Assembly: GCA_003971905.1 (NCBI GenBank)
Contig: RSEE01000016.1
Span: forward strand, 372,001-436,000
Length of the DNA stretch: 64,000 nucleotides
Direction of reading: 5' to 3'
Origin: Moniliella sp. 'wahieum'
Taxonomy: Eukaryota
Shown here in pieces: positions 11,714-23,496 of the stretch. The stretch's first letter is position 1. Each line of letters begins with the position of its first letter. The position numbers and the translations under genes are program-made. Under the pieces are notes generated by a model that ran no database searches, was not told where the DNA came from, and was given only the letters and a program-made list of their open reading frames with translations.

Positions 11714-14700
11714 TTAGTTTTCTTGCATATGGGAAAGCCTGGGATGGGGAGACAGAGCAAGTTAATACCATGGTTTGGGTGTCCACAGGGAGGAAAGGGA
11801 GACGTACTGTGTAAGAACAGGGGCCGAAAGACAGCGCAGCTTGAGACAGCGGGAATACAGTGGGGCATTGACAGAAACCGAGTAGGCACGAGCACATGCT
11901 TGAAACGCCAGCGCCGTCTTGATCTTCATTGCCAAGGAGCGGTATTTGTAGACGTTGATCAGCCTGGGCGCTTGCTCGCCCAGTGCATCGGGGAGGGGGG
12001 TAAGCACTTGCTCAAGCTCTTCGGCCGCTGCCGCAGCACCCGCCGCGGATGTGGGAGCCCAGTCGGGCGAAAGAGCAGAGGGCAACGCCCCCTCGGGGTC
12101 GGGGGAGCGATCGAGATATTCAGCGGCACTCAACGTTGTCGGCAGTAAGTCCACCTCAGTCAGGTCAACCAAGAGGAGGCCCGCAAACGGCACACACGCC
12201 CGTTCGGGGGCGAGACGAGGCTGTGCAACGGTCTCGACCAAGCCGAGGGTACCTCCACCTGTGGGCGCGGGTGGACCAGCCGAGTTCATATGTTCCTCCA
12301 AGCCCGACTGGGCAACCAGATCATCGCATACCCGCCGCAGGTGACGGAAACCATGGGCGGGGGAAGCAAGCGTGCGCAGATCCCGCAGCGCCCGTTTTTC
12401 CAACAGCGGCACACCTGCCCACGTGCGCGACAGGCGCGCCACCCAAGGTGATTGCAGGCCGCAGACGATCTGCACCACCGAAGCAAAGTTGCCCATTTCG
12501 TAGCAGCGCACGGCGATGCGGATCAGCTTGGCCACCAGTCCTGCCCGAGCGCGCGGGGTAGCGGTCAGCACCACCTCGGACGAAATCCAATTGGCCACCA
12601 AGTTGAACCGGGCCACAATCACAGCCAGGGCCGAATCGTGCGCCGAAGCATTTCCTTCTGGCGCCACACGACGGCGCATGCGTGCACGGTAAAAGGCTTC
12701 CCAGTCGTACACCGCTGGCACTTGCCGCACGGCCCGCCAAGCACCCGATGCAAACTCGTGCCACGACACCTTGGTGAACAGCTCGGCTTCGATGAGACAC
12801 AGTTGCGCTGCCACCTCCTCCGAGCGATAGTCGAGGATAAACGAGCGGTGCAGCGGGGGAAGTGGCCACGGCCCGGGTTTGCCCAGCCTCCAGGCCGGCG
12901 GGGGCCTCTGCGCTCCAACACCCACCGTGGCCCGGGCCCCACGGGCAGAAGGGGGAGGCAATTGGTTCTGCGGACCGGGAAGGGCGGTGGCACGAGCGGC
13001 GCTTTGCTCGGGAATGGTCCCCATCCTCAGCGCCGATGCGGCCAAGAGCATTTCGACCTTGCGTGCCCGTGCTGACCGCTTTTCATCCGTGATCACGCCC
13101 TCGAGCCTGGCCAGGGCATCAGCCACACCGCCATCCTCCTCGTCCGACTCGAACCCGTCCAGGCTGAAGCCCTTGACCATTTCGCATCCAGCCAAGGCCA
13201 GCTCGTCATCAAACAAATCGCTCGTCAAAAAGCCATAAGGAAGCGCTCGGGGGCCGGTAGGCATCACAGACTTGGGCACCGTCTGCACTTTGGGTGCCCC
13301 GGACAGATTCAGTTCCTTGGCCCTTACCGCACTGGGCTGGTCCAGGTCCGCTGAGCTGAACGAGGAAGAGCGGCGCCGAGGAGGTCAGCCAGGTTGACCG
13401 CCTGCCGAGCATGACGCAAGTCCCTTGCTCCGGGCAAACGACGCAGCGCCTTGCGTACCGCATCCCCATCCTCGTCACTCGACAGGTCCACATCGTCCAA
13501 CTGCACCACCCCGGGCCAGGCCGGAATAGTCACCGCCGGCTGGGCCGCCATGGTCGGCATACCAACTGCGTTCTGGCCTGTCGGAATGGGAGAAGGTGAC
13601 TTGAGCGTTTGCTCCGAGGCAAAGTGGTGCAGGTCTTCGCGCCGCCGTGGGGCCGGATCGGGTGCAGGAACGGCCTCGGCGGGAATTGGGCCGTCAACCT
13701 TAAAGGAACGGCGACGCGCCTCCTCCTCATCTTCCGTCGTCGGCTCGGTATCACTGCCCACGCCCGTGCCTGTACCCAAATCACTTTCATCGTCTTTCCT
13801 CGACTGGCTGGCATAGTCCATCGAGGATGCTGGCGTCGACCTACCCGCGCCGGCGAGAGACGAAGCGGTACGGACAGGCGAACCGGCATCTTCCTGCTCT
13901 CCTTCCCCCGTGCGGGCAAGACCCCGCTCCTGCTCGCTCGGCCCCAGTTTGTCCTGCTCTGCGTCCGATGCCATAGGACCAGGCTTTGTCTCCGCACGCA
14001 GTTGCTCGGCCTCGGGCGCGGCCAAGTGGGCAGGAGGCAAATCCTTCCCCTCTACTTGGGGAGGCGAGTCGGGCAGAGGAATCTCATCCGGGGTCGCCTC
14101 TGGTAGTGAGACTTCATCCGGAGTCAAGTCAGGCAGAGGAATCGCCTCGGGCACGGTCCCGGCGGTGCGGGGGACAGGGGTAGAGGCGCGAGGGGTGCTG
14201 GCTCTTGCCTTCTCCTCTGTCGCGGGTTGAAGGGGTACCCTGCCTCGCTCTCGTTCCATTTGGCCGGACCCGCATCCGCCTCATCCATACGCAACACATC
14301 CGAGTCGCCATCCGAATCATGGCCAACGTGGGGTGATCCCGAAGGAGGAGTCGGGAGTGGGGGCAGCGGCACGGAAGGTAATGGAGCGGGGCGCGGGGGC
14401 ACGGGACAGGAGGTAAGGCCACGGCGGGGGGCGGGGCAGGAGGGGAGCGCAAAGGATAAGCACGCTTGGTCCCTTTCCTTCCCGGGGAAGGGTGTGTGTC
14501 CTCGGTGAGCATTCCTGGGATGGTGCGAGCGATGCCATGGACCCCTGGGGAACACACCAAATGTGCCCCCGCTCGGTGCGGCAGAAGCGGAGTGGAGCGA
14601 GATGGAGGCGTCGCGCTCTGCCAGTCGTGCAACACGACTCGCTGCTCGGTCCTGCCAACTGCTCGAGCCAGCCATCAGGGTGATGCGGCACGTACGGCCG

Positions 14701-16565
14701 GACTGGAGGGGGGAAGGCAGAGAGTTGCTGTGCCAGGCTTGTCGGTTCAGGCGGTGCAACAGGAGCTTGGGGAGGAGCATCTTGTGCCTTGATGCTCACC
14801 GGGATTGCCTTGTCCCCAGTCGACTCCTTCGCATCCTTGGCCTGCACAGGGGCAAGGCTGACCTTGTCCTTCTGGGGTGACGCAGCGGTCGGGGGATCGG
14901 TCGTTGAGGGTGCCGGCACGCCATCCCCTCCAATGGACCCATTCAGATCCTCCGTCGACAAGGTATCCTCAGGCTCAGGCACATTCACATCGTAAAAGTC
15001 CAGGTAGGCCTGCAACTGCGCCGGCGTGGTGAGCAAGTCCCCAACCGGCCCTGTGCGCCCAACAGGCTGTTGCTCTGTCAAGTTGATTGTGCTACCAACG
15101 TTCAGGCCGTGCGCGAGCGGAGGCGGCGAGAGGGTCTGCTTGGAGGGCTTGCGGTGGGAGCTCGGTCATGCGGTGCAGGTTGCCAAGCATACTGCGCAAG
15201 GGCGTTGGGCGCTTGGATCGTTCCTTTGGTGGAGCCGTGGGGAACGTCTCGGGTTCCTTGCGCAAGGCCAAGGCGGATGGAGTGAGCAGGTCCGACAGGT
15301 CCAGCGGGCCATCGTCGGATGGCTGGGCCCCGTAGGCGGTTTGCAACCGACGGACCGTCTTGTGCAGGGCGGCCAGTACCCCGGCTACCCCGGGTCAGCT
15401 GCACTGGGGTGGGGGGCATTAAGCCAGTCACAGAGCCTGGACCGCAATTGCGGGTCGGGGTACCAATCGTCGTCGAAAAAATGGACAAGCCAAAAGCGGA
15501 GGACGACCATAGTGCGTACCCGAACAACCGACTGCGCCTGACGGCTGCCTTGGCTCGTGTGCGACAAGAGCGACACGCTCGAGTCAGGAGTCCTCCCTGA
15601 ATCACTACCGACGGGATAGTCGACTGCAGGAAGGTCCATTCCAGTCGGGCAAGGAGCAAGTCTAGGAGCGTGTGAGGGACATAAAAGACGAAACGTGTAG
15701 AAAAGTCGGTCTGGAGACGCGTGTCGAGGACAGAGGTAGCTGAGCCACCAGTCGCTCAGCGGAAGCAGCCAGTAGGCGGATGAGCCGCGAGGGAAAGGGC
15801 TGAGATCTCGTAGGCCCGTAGGGAGGGACCATGTCTCGTCCAGGCAACTTGTAAGCACCGTAAGGCGGTGGAGCCGTGTTGCTTGTTGCTTCAATTGGGC
15901 CTAAAGGACCGTCCGCAATGCCCGGGCCGGACGTCTGGAACACTCTTGTGGGCTCTGACGCATGGGCCACGCCCCAAACGGCAAAGCGTGGGTCGTCGGC
16001 TAAACGAGGTTCGTCATCCTCCGAGTCGACGCATCCGTCAGAGCAGCATGGGACTGGAAAAAATCGAAGCGGGCAGCCAACGCGGCAGGAGGGCTGGAAG
16101 GAGGAGCAGGCGCAGGGAGGCGCAGGTGGAAGAGAGGCCCACTGAGACAGGGTAAGTGGGTGGAAGGCAACACTTGGACCCAGCGGGGCATCCAGCGGCG
16201 GGGGAGGGGGCGGATTGGTTGCGAAGCAGCAGCAGGAGACGGAGCGACGGCAGCGGCAGCAATCCAAGAGGGGTGGGTGGATAAGACGGCACCAAGCATG
16301 TCCCCGCTCTGGAGAGCAGCACCTGCGGCAGGTGGGCAGGAGCGACGAGGGACGCGGTCAGAGCGGAAGCGGTGCTGGGCGTGGCGAGGCGGACACGGGG
16401 GCAGAGGCGGGGGCGGCCGAGGGAGGGGGGGCGCGGGCCGCAGCTGCCAGAGGATGCGGCCATCGGGGAGAGGGGCGCAATGGATGATGTAGGGAGTGCC
16501 GTGCCCTAGGTCTCCGGCGGCGGCAGCCTGCTCGGCGCCCATGCAGGGGTCGAGTTCGAGGCCAT
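11714..16565 (-). CDS. Ras guanine-nucleotide exchange factor (REM plus CDC25-type RasGEF domain; Lte1-like)
   Basis: N-terminal REM pieces: LLAASAERLVAQL, FYTFRL, RVRTMVVLRFWLVHFFDDDW. C-terminal GEF domain: FILDYRSEEVAAQLCLIEAELFTKVSW, ARFNLVANWISSEVVLT, KLIRIAVRCYEMGNFASVVQIVCGLQSPWVARLSRTW, CVPFAGLLLVDL, LINVYKYR. A long disordered linker lies between them. Both ends are approximate. Confidence 0.88.
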
Positions 16566-18766
16566 GGGCGGCGACGAGGGCCTTGACGGCGGTGAAGCTG
16601 GTGGTCTCGACGGGGGAGAAGGAGGCGGCGGGCGTGGGGGAGGGGGGGGCAGCTGCCGCAGGCGCTGGCCTCCAGACGACGCAGGCATCGAGGGAAGGCA
16701 GAGGGCGGCGGCAGCGGCAGAGGCAGCGGCGGGTGGTGGTGGTTGGAGAAGAAACCAGGGCACCCGGCCGGAAACGGCGGCGGGCGGCGGGCGTCTCAGA
16801 TGGGGGATGGGTGATGCGCCTGGCCGGGCACAGGACGGCAGGAGGCCGCTGTGGCGGCGATTGACAATGGGTTGTGGGTGCAGCCGCACTGGCATGCTGC
16901 TTGCTTGTTTACTGGCATCGTGATGCATGGTGTGTGACATATGATGCGTGATGCATGATGCACAGAGTGCCCCCTTGCCTGGGTGCTTGGGTGCCCCTGG
17001 CCGCTGGCCTCCGGCCTCCTTGCAGGCCAGCGTGCTGGCGTGCGGCAGGCAGGCTGCATGCATGCTGCGGTGCCCATGCAGGGCCCATGGGGGTGTTTAC
17101 CACTGCCCCAGCCCAGTCCCCTCTGGGGGGATCGGGCATCCTCAATGCCATCCGCAGTGCCATCCGCAGTGCCATCCGCAGTGCCGTGTATGCCATCGCC
17201 CATCCATCGACCATCTCTCACCTTCTCACATCCGCTCTGACGCGCCAGGGGCTCCTGCCTCCCTCTGGCCTCTGGCCCCAGGCTGGCTCTGGCCCTGATC
17301 CTCATCGGCCAATGGCAAGTCACCCCAATCACCGCTCCCTCCAGCCCCCGTTTGTGCCGCTGGCCAATGGGACAGCGCGGGTGTGCATGGCGGCCTGTCT
17401 GGCCTTGCCGCGCACCGGCAGACACTGGCTACCGACACGCTGAGCCTCAGCGCTGACGCTGACGCAAGATGGATTGATGCATGAAGCTGAAGGATGATGC
17501 AATGCCCAACGCACAATGGCCACTGGTCACCGGTCACCGGTCATTAGGCCACTAGGCCACTTGTTATGCGTGCGGCATGGCATCTTGTCACGTGACGCGG
17601 AACGGGGCCCACGTATAACTGCCTCTGGGCCTGCTTGCTTGCTTCTGGCATGGAGCATCTGCGATCTGGGATCTGGCATCTGGGATCTGGGATCTGAGCG
17701 CCTGAGGACAGTCCCATGGGAGTCCGGCCTGGTCCCAGTCAGAAGGCGCATTCGCGATGGGAGGGTGCAGTGGCTGCGGTGCCAGGCGGTGCCAGCACAG
17801 CGGGGTGGCGCAGGATGCGCGGCCACCGGGCTGCGGACGAGTGCCCCCATGTGATGCATGTGACGCGTGCGGCGTGGTGCTAGAGAATGGTGCTGATGCG
17901 TGATGCGGCACTTAGCGCTTACTTGGGCTGCTCGCTGTGCTGGCCTGTGCTGTGTTCCATGCTACATGTTCTTGTTAGCCGGTGCACAACAGGGCACTGG
18001 CCCTCCTCTTGAAGCGCCCTCCGGCCTCCCCTCGATACACAGAGTGCGGCCGTGCTGGCATTCGGGTGCAGTGCCGGGGCGGCAGCGGGTACAGCCCGGT
18101 ACAGCGCACAGCGCCGAGGGGCTTCGAGCGGCCCATGATGCATGACATGCATGATGCGGGACCAGTGACCCCGCGAGTGGCTGGCGGCTAACGTGTGGCG
18201 CACCAGCGCACACCAGCACTACATTCCCGGCACCCTCGCCCGCAGCCTTATCCCCACCACCACCTTATCTTGCGGCTGCGCGCCGCCCTCGCAGATCTCA
18301 GTTCTCAAAACTCCCACGCGCTGCAAAAGCGGACCAGGTGTGCTTGTCGAGCAGAACAATGAACGAAGTGTTGAGTGTCCCTTTGGCCTACCCGGACGCC
18401 CAACTAACTATACCAACTAACCATATACGCCCAACGGAGATCTCTATGGACGTCCTTTTCCGCGGCTCAGTAGGTCGTAGGTTCGCTCCCTACTCAGTAC
18501 TGAGTCTCAGCCTCGTATTCGGCAATGCCCAGAATACCAACGTGCCTCGGCAGCGGCTCAGCAGCTTCAGCAACACTCAGCGGCAGCGCGTCAGCGCTCA
18601 GCCGAGTAATATAACTGCGCGTCGGAGTGCTGAGTTCAGCCGCGCTCGGCGCTCAGCTGAGCCCCTCTCATATTCTCATCGTCCCTAGGAGTGGCAGCAG
18701 GTGCCCCAGCGCCTACAGAGTTGTCACATGCACCTGTAACATGCCTCTGACACGTAGCAAAGTGCG

Positions 18767-18808
18767 CTAGTAACTAGTAACTAGTAACTAGTAACTAGTA
18801 ACTAGTAA
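18767..18808. repeat. (CTAGTAA)6 heptamer tandem array
   Basis: Six perfect copies are visible. Confidence 0.95.
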
Positions 18809-19309
18809 CACGCCAATTACGGCGTAGCGCGTAATTGCGCGCGTTTCGAAGGAATACCTTTGGGGAACCGGCAGGGATGCGATTTTCTCTTGTGCTGTTG
18901 CTCTCCTGCGTCTTCCCTGCCCGCCGCGCACCTAGTGATCGATGTTCCAGTCACGGAATGATCTATGATCTCGCCGATCGCCCTCCCCCACAATTAAAAG
19001 GTACTCTCAGATCTTACTTTGCCCATTACCGGTTACCCCGGTTACCGCTTACCCCACACCAAGCCACATCAGGTGTGGTATCAGTACGCATATATAGATC
19101 CTCAAGCTTGTGTCCCTCATTCAATCCAACACCCCCGCTCTGAATGATGAATGTTGAACACGCGATGAAGAGGAAACATTGCCGAGGAAAAGAAAGGCAA
19201 AAGCGCAAAACGACTTATCCTCCGCGGAGAGGGGCATGGGACCAAAGCGCATTCGGTGGATCACAGGGATAATGTAGTAGATAGAAGGTTAATACATCAG
19301 TAAGGCAAA

Positions 19310-19822
19310 GAGACTAGTCTCTCGGACACGAGGAAGACCACAGCCACAAGAAAGTATTTCGGAAGAGGATTGGTGTACAGTAGGAGTCATCCACGCTCTT
19401 CTGAAATGCCGGAAGAAAGAGCTGTGCATTATCTGCTGTTGTGGTGCAAGTGGATTCTTACGAGGCGAACCCCACGAACCTGTTTTTGGGACGCACCCAA
19501 GAACCATTTTATTTCCTTTTTGGTTTTGACGATGTGAGAGGATCCTATGCCTCCAAGAGAGCAGGCAAGATGCTTGGGAACTGGAAGTAATTCACTACTG
19601 GGACTCAATGAAGATGGTTCACCGCTCGGATGACTACCATGTTCATCCGTATCCACCCGCGCTTCCTCGGGTATGGGACGGATGGCGGGCACCAGAGGGT
19701 CCTGATCTCCTGGGGACTCCACCGGTTTAACAAGCAACACACGGATGAACGGGTTGGTTTAGATGTAGCGTTTCTTCGTCCAGCCTTTAAGCTCTGTCAA
19801 TGATATGGATGCAGTGTAGAGA
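19310..19822 (+). mobile_element. Degenerate 3' fragment of an RLE-type non-LTR retrotransposon, related to the 22604-23496 element
   Basis: Colinear nucleotide similarity to about 23050-23496, for example GGGACGCACCCAAGAACCATTTT vs GGGACGCACTCAAGAACCTTTT, TGGTTTTGACGA, CGCGCTTCCT.GGGTA.GGGAC, GAGGGTCCTGAT, GGTTTAGA.GTAGCGTT and AAGCTCTGTCAATG. Stops and indels disrupt the frame. The 5' boundary is approximate. Confidence 0.8.
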
Positions 19823-20286
19823 GGTACTGTGAAGTATATAGTAACGACACACTGATGGAGAGAGGTCGTTATATCATCAAAGTGCCATCATAGTATAATG
19901 CACGTCTTCAAGGAGGACTTGACTCTTCATAGGTTCATCCCCAAAGATACCTGAATGGAGTGCTCCCAACATGTGTCGAATCATCCTCTTCTGCGATCAA
20001 GGCCTGACAAATCTGTGTGAAGATGGCAGAATTTGCCCACACACTCGGGGAAAGGGCTGAGTTATGCACCGGCGGGTACCGCGGGAGAGGGCGGGGGCAC
20101 GAGACCAGTGTGCGGCTTAGCCGCCGATTGTGGGCAGCGCGTTTTATTCCCACCTTGTGGCGCAGTTATATATAACCCCCACCCCTGGCTTTTTCCTATA
20201 TGTGGTGTGCTCGGCTTTGCTCTTAGCTCCTGTGCCGCTCGTCGTACCACCTCCACCACCTTTTCCCAACCATCACGACACCCACC

Positions 20287-21510
20287 ATGTCCGCATCCTC
20301 TGCACCCACGCCTCCCGTCCACCAGCCGCCAAAGGTATGTCGCATTTCTTTGCCCACTGTACTGTCCTCAGTTGGGACCAGAGACGCCATCCACACAAGT
20401 ATCCAGCGCATCAGCTTACAAGCCATATTTGCTTTCACTCGGCTGCCATCGTATTCAGCCTTGCCGCTCTACGCCCAGTTCACCGCTGGCGCAATCGCGG
20501 GGGTCACAGAGCTCCTATGTCTCTATCCACTCGGTACGCCCACCATGTCCCCCCGCTCTCCACGACGTCATATGAACTGTATAACTAACGCAGTGTGACG
20601 GTTCTTTGGTACCCTGCGTGCACATTACAGATGTGGTCAAGACCCGTATGCAGCTCCAGACGGCGGGCCAGGGAGCGCAATACAAGAACATGTTTGATTG
20701 CTTTGCCAAGATTATTAAGCAAGAGGGAGCCTCGCGGCTGTATCGGGGTCTCGCGGCCCCCATCCTTCAAGAGGGACCCAAACGGGCCACCAAGTTTGCC
20801 GCCAATGACTTTTGGGGTAAACGGTACAAGGAGTGGTTTGGCGTCTCGCAATTAGGGCAAGGCCTCTCCTTGCTCACGGGCTGCTCAGCAGGCGCGACAG
20901 AGAGTTTTTGTGGTGACGCCATTTGAGCTGGTCAAGATCCGGTTGCAGGACAAGGCGTCGGCCCATTTGTACAAGGGCCCGCTGGATGTTGTCCGCAAGA
21001 CCGTGCGCGCTAGTGGTCCCCTGGGTCTTTACAAGGGCATGGAGTCCACCTTTTGGCGGCATGTAGCCTGGAATGGTGGTTACTTTGGCTGCATCTTCCA
21101 AGTCAAGTCACTCCTGCCCAAGCCAACGGTAAGCTGCCTCTTCCTCCCCCCATCCTGATCCCGTTTCTGTGGCTAACGTTTGCTTTCCCCATTTCTTTTC
21201 GCAGTCCAAGTCGGAGGAACTATCGAACAACCTGATTAGCGGTACCGTCGGTGGCGCCGTGGGCACGGTGCTCACACACCCATGGATGTGGTCAAGAGTC
21301 GGATCCAAGGTGCTGTTGCTGGGTCCAAACCGAAGTACAACTGGACATTCCCCTCCATGGCGCTGATTGCCAAAAAGAGGGCGTGAGTGCGCTATACAAG
21401 GGATTCCTGCCGAAGGTGCTTCGTCTTGCACCCGGAGAGGTGTGCTGCTTCTTGTGGTGGACGTGGTGCTGTCACAGTGGCGCATCATGCTTGGCCCGCC
21501 GTATGTGTAG
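20287..21510 (+). CDS. ODC1: Mitochondrial 2-oxodicarboxylate carrier (SLC25A21-like)
   Basis: QFTAGAIAGVTELLCLYPL/DVVKTRMQLQ; YRGLAAPILQEGPKRATKFAAN; VTPFELVKIRLQ; ESTFWRHVAWNGGYFGCIFQV; LYKGFLPKVLRLAPG. Introns at about 20335-20458, 20534-20630 and 21129-21204. Confidence 0.92.
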
Positions 21511-22313
21511 CGGGTATGGCAAAACGATGACATGAGATGGTCATCACTTGAGCTTCCCGTGTCTCCACAGACCGCCTGTCCCTGCCCAACTCTCCATTGC
21601 TGCCAACATCCTTTTCCAGGGAGAGAGGAACGAAAGGATGGGCTCATCCCTGTGCGCCCCTGGCACCCTTCTTGTCTGCAACTTCTTTGCCTTGCACATG
21701 CACGTGTGTTCAACCCTCGTTTTCTCACTTGTGCATGATGAAAGCCCTTCTGCGTTCTGAACGGTTCTCGCTACTCCTTCTGTAGTGAGCGCAGCTGCTT
21801 TACGACCTGTTGACGACGAAATGACACACTCGCGACACGTACATCGTTGATTCCACTTTAAGCTGTATTGCCCTCTCTTCCAGTATAATCTCTGTCAGTT
21901 ATTAAACGGGTCTCACTTGGGTTGACATCAACATTCATTCGTATGTTCCCACGCGCTACCTGAGGATCAGGTTTGGAAAAGTCCTGGGGCGCCAGAGGTT
22001 CCTGGCCTCAGTACTCTGTGCTGGCGGCTCCACTGTGGTTTCGTAATTGGATTGGCAGGAACAAGCAGCCCACGCCGCCTCAGGAGCCGGTGAGGCGCAG
22101 CGCCCCTCTTTTTGTCCCAAAGTCTTAGCTCTGTAACTGACCTGAATGTAAATAGAGATGCTTGCACCCTGACCGCCTGACCATCAAATCTGAGATCTGA
22201 GATCACAATTGCATCAATTAGACTGGAAACAGTGGGCACTCCGTGTAGTACTACAAGGAGGACCACCGGGCCTACGGCCCGGTCGGCTGGGGCTTCGCCC
22301 CAGCTTGGTGCTG

Positions 22314-22450
22314 CGTCGCCACCTTAGCCACCGTTCCCCCTTCGCCACCTTAGCCACCGTTCCCCCGTCGCCACCTTAGCCACCGTTCCCCCGGCCCCAC
22401 ATCGCCACCTTACCACCTTTCCCCTTCCCCACCTTAGCCACCGTTCCACC
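22314..22450. repeat. ~26-bp minisatellite (TCGCCACCTTAGCCACCGTTCCCCC), three near-perfect plus two degenerate copies
   Basis: Directly visible. Confidence 0.9.
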
Positions 22451-22508
22451 CGTCGCTACCGTTCCACGCTGGAACCCTTCCACGCTGGAGAGGGCAAATA
22501 ATATCACC

Positions 22509-22603
22509 GATTCTCTGGCTGCGGGTGGCTGGGAACGTGGCATCGGTCGGCACGTGCCTATGACGTAAAAGTGTGCAGGATTTCCCAGCCGATCTTATGA
22601 TAT
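22509..22603 (+). repeat. 95-bp direct repeat, copy 1 (putative target-site duplication)
   Basis: GATTCTCTGGCTGC...GATCTTATGATAT, identical to 23497-23591. Confidence 0.95.
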
Positions 22604-23496
22604 GGTCGTCATGTGGTTGAGCACAGCAACCCGCTGAGCCACAACTGGCTCTCCGCTATTCCATCCGTCCCGTACCTCAAGCTCTCTGACCAGCAGGTCC
22701 AGGTTGGTCTCCAGCTCCGCACGCTGTGCCGCACCACGCGCAGCATGTGCAAGTGCGGCGTCATGTCCTCGCTGGAACACATCATGTCCTGCACCCGCAC
22801 CCAGGCCAAGTTTGGTGCGTTGCATGAGGCAGTGCGGGAGCCCATTCTCCAGCTCCTCCGCTCCATCCCCGACACCCACGTCCACAACGAACCTATGGTG
22901 GAGGAAGAGGATGGGACGAGGCGCGGACGGAAGGCACAGCGCACCGATTACCGCGTGATGGGGCCCGGAGCACTGGGAGGAACCGGAATGGAGGTAGACC
23001 ACACGCTGCGCGACACGGGATCGCAGGAGGCGCAGAGCGCGTACCGGCGGGTGGTGCATGAGAGCACTGCGTCGCCTTTGGAACGCCGGGAGAAGGAACT
23101 GCTTCGGCTGCTTGAACAAGCAGAATGCGACAAGAACGCCAAGTACCAGGGACGCACTCAAGAACCTTTTTCCCCCTGGTTTTGACGACGCGAGGATACT
23201 ACGGCACCAAGACGGCGGGCAAGTTGTTTGTGCATTGGAAGGAGTTGGCTACTAAGTCTCAGTGGAAATGGTTCCTCGCTCGTATGTCAACCACGTTCCT
23301 CCGTGTCCACACGCGCTTCCTAGGGTACGGGACCGGATGGCGTGAGCCGGAGGGTCCTGATATCCTGGCGATCCCCTGGTCCCTTAATCTTGGTGGCGCT
23401 TCCAAGTAACCCCCGCAAGATGAACGGTTCGGTTTAGACGTAGCGTTCCCCCTGTCCCAGCCTTAAGCTCTGTCAATGGAATGCACACAATATAGA
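22604..23496 (+). mobile_element. 5'-truncated non-LTR retrotransposon with a restriction-like endonuclease (CRE/Cnl1/MoTeR-like), C-terminal domain plus 3' UTR
   Basis: ORFs 22613..23185 and 23125..23409: WLSAIP...LKLSDQQVQVGLQLRTL; CCHC knuckle CKCGVMSSLEHIMSC; LHEAVRE; NEP...RTDYRV...EVDHTL; ERREKE; KNAKY; PF.PLVLTTRG. This is the motif order of the RLE domain of CRE-clade elements. No RT domain remains. Flanked by a 95-bp direct repeat. Confidence 0.82.

Noticed and set aside
18767..18808. (CTAGTAA)6 as an interstitial telomere repeat targeted by the CRE-like element
   Set aside because: It is not TTAGGG-like or G-rich and does not abut either retroelement copy.
22314..22450. 26-bp repeat array (and the 20-bp array at 44393-44470) as a CRISPR-like locus
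   Set aside because: The units are directly adjacent with no unique spacers, there are no cas genes and the context is eukaryotic. These are minisatellites inside transposons.
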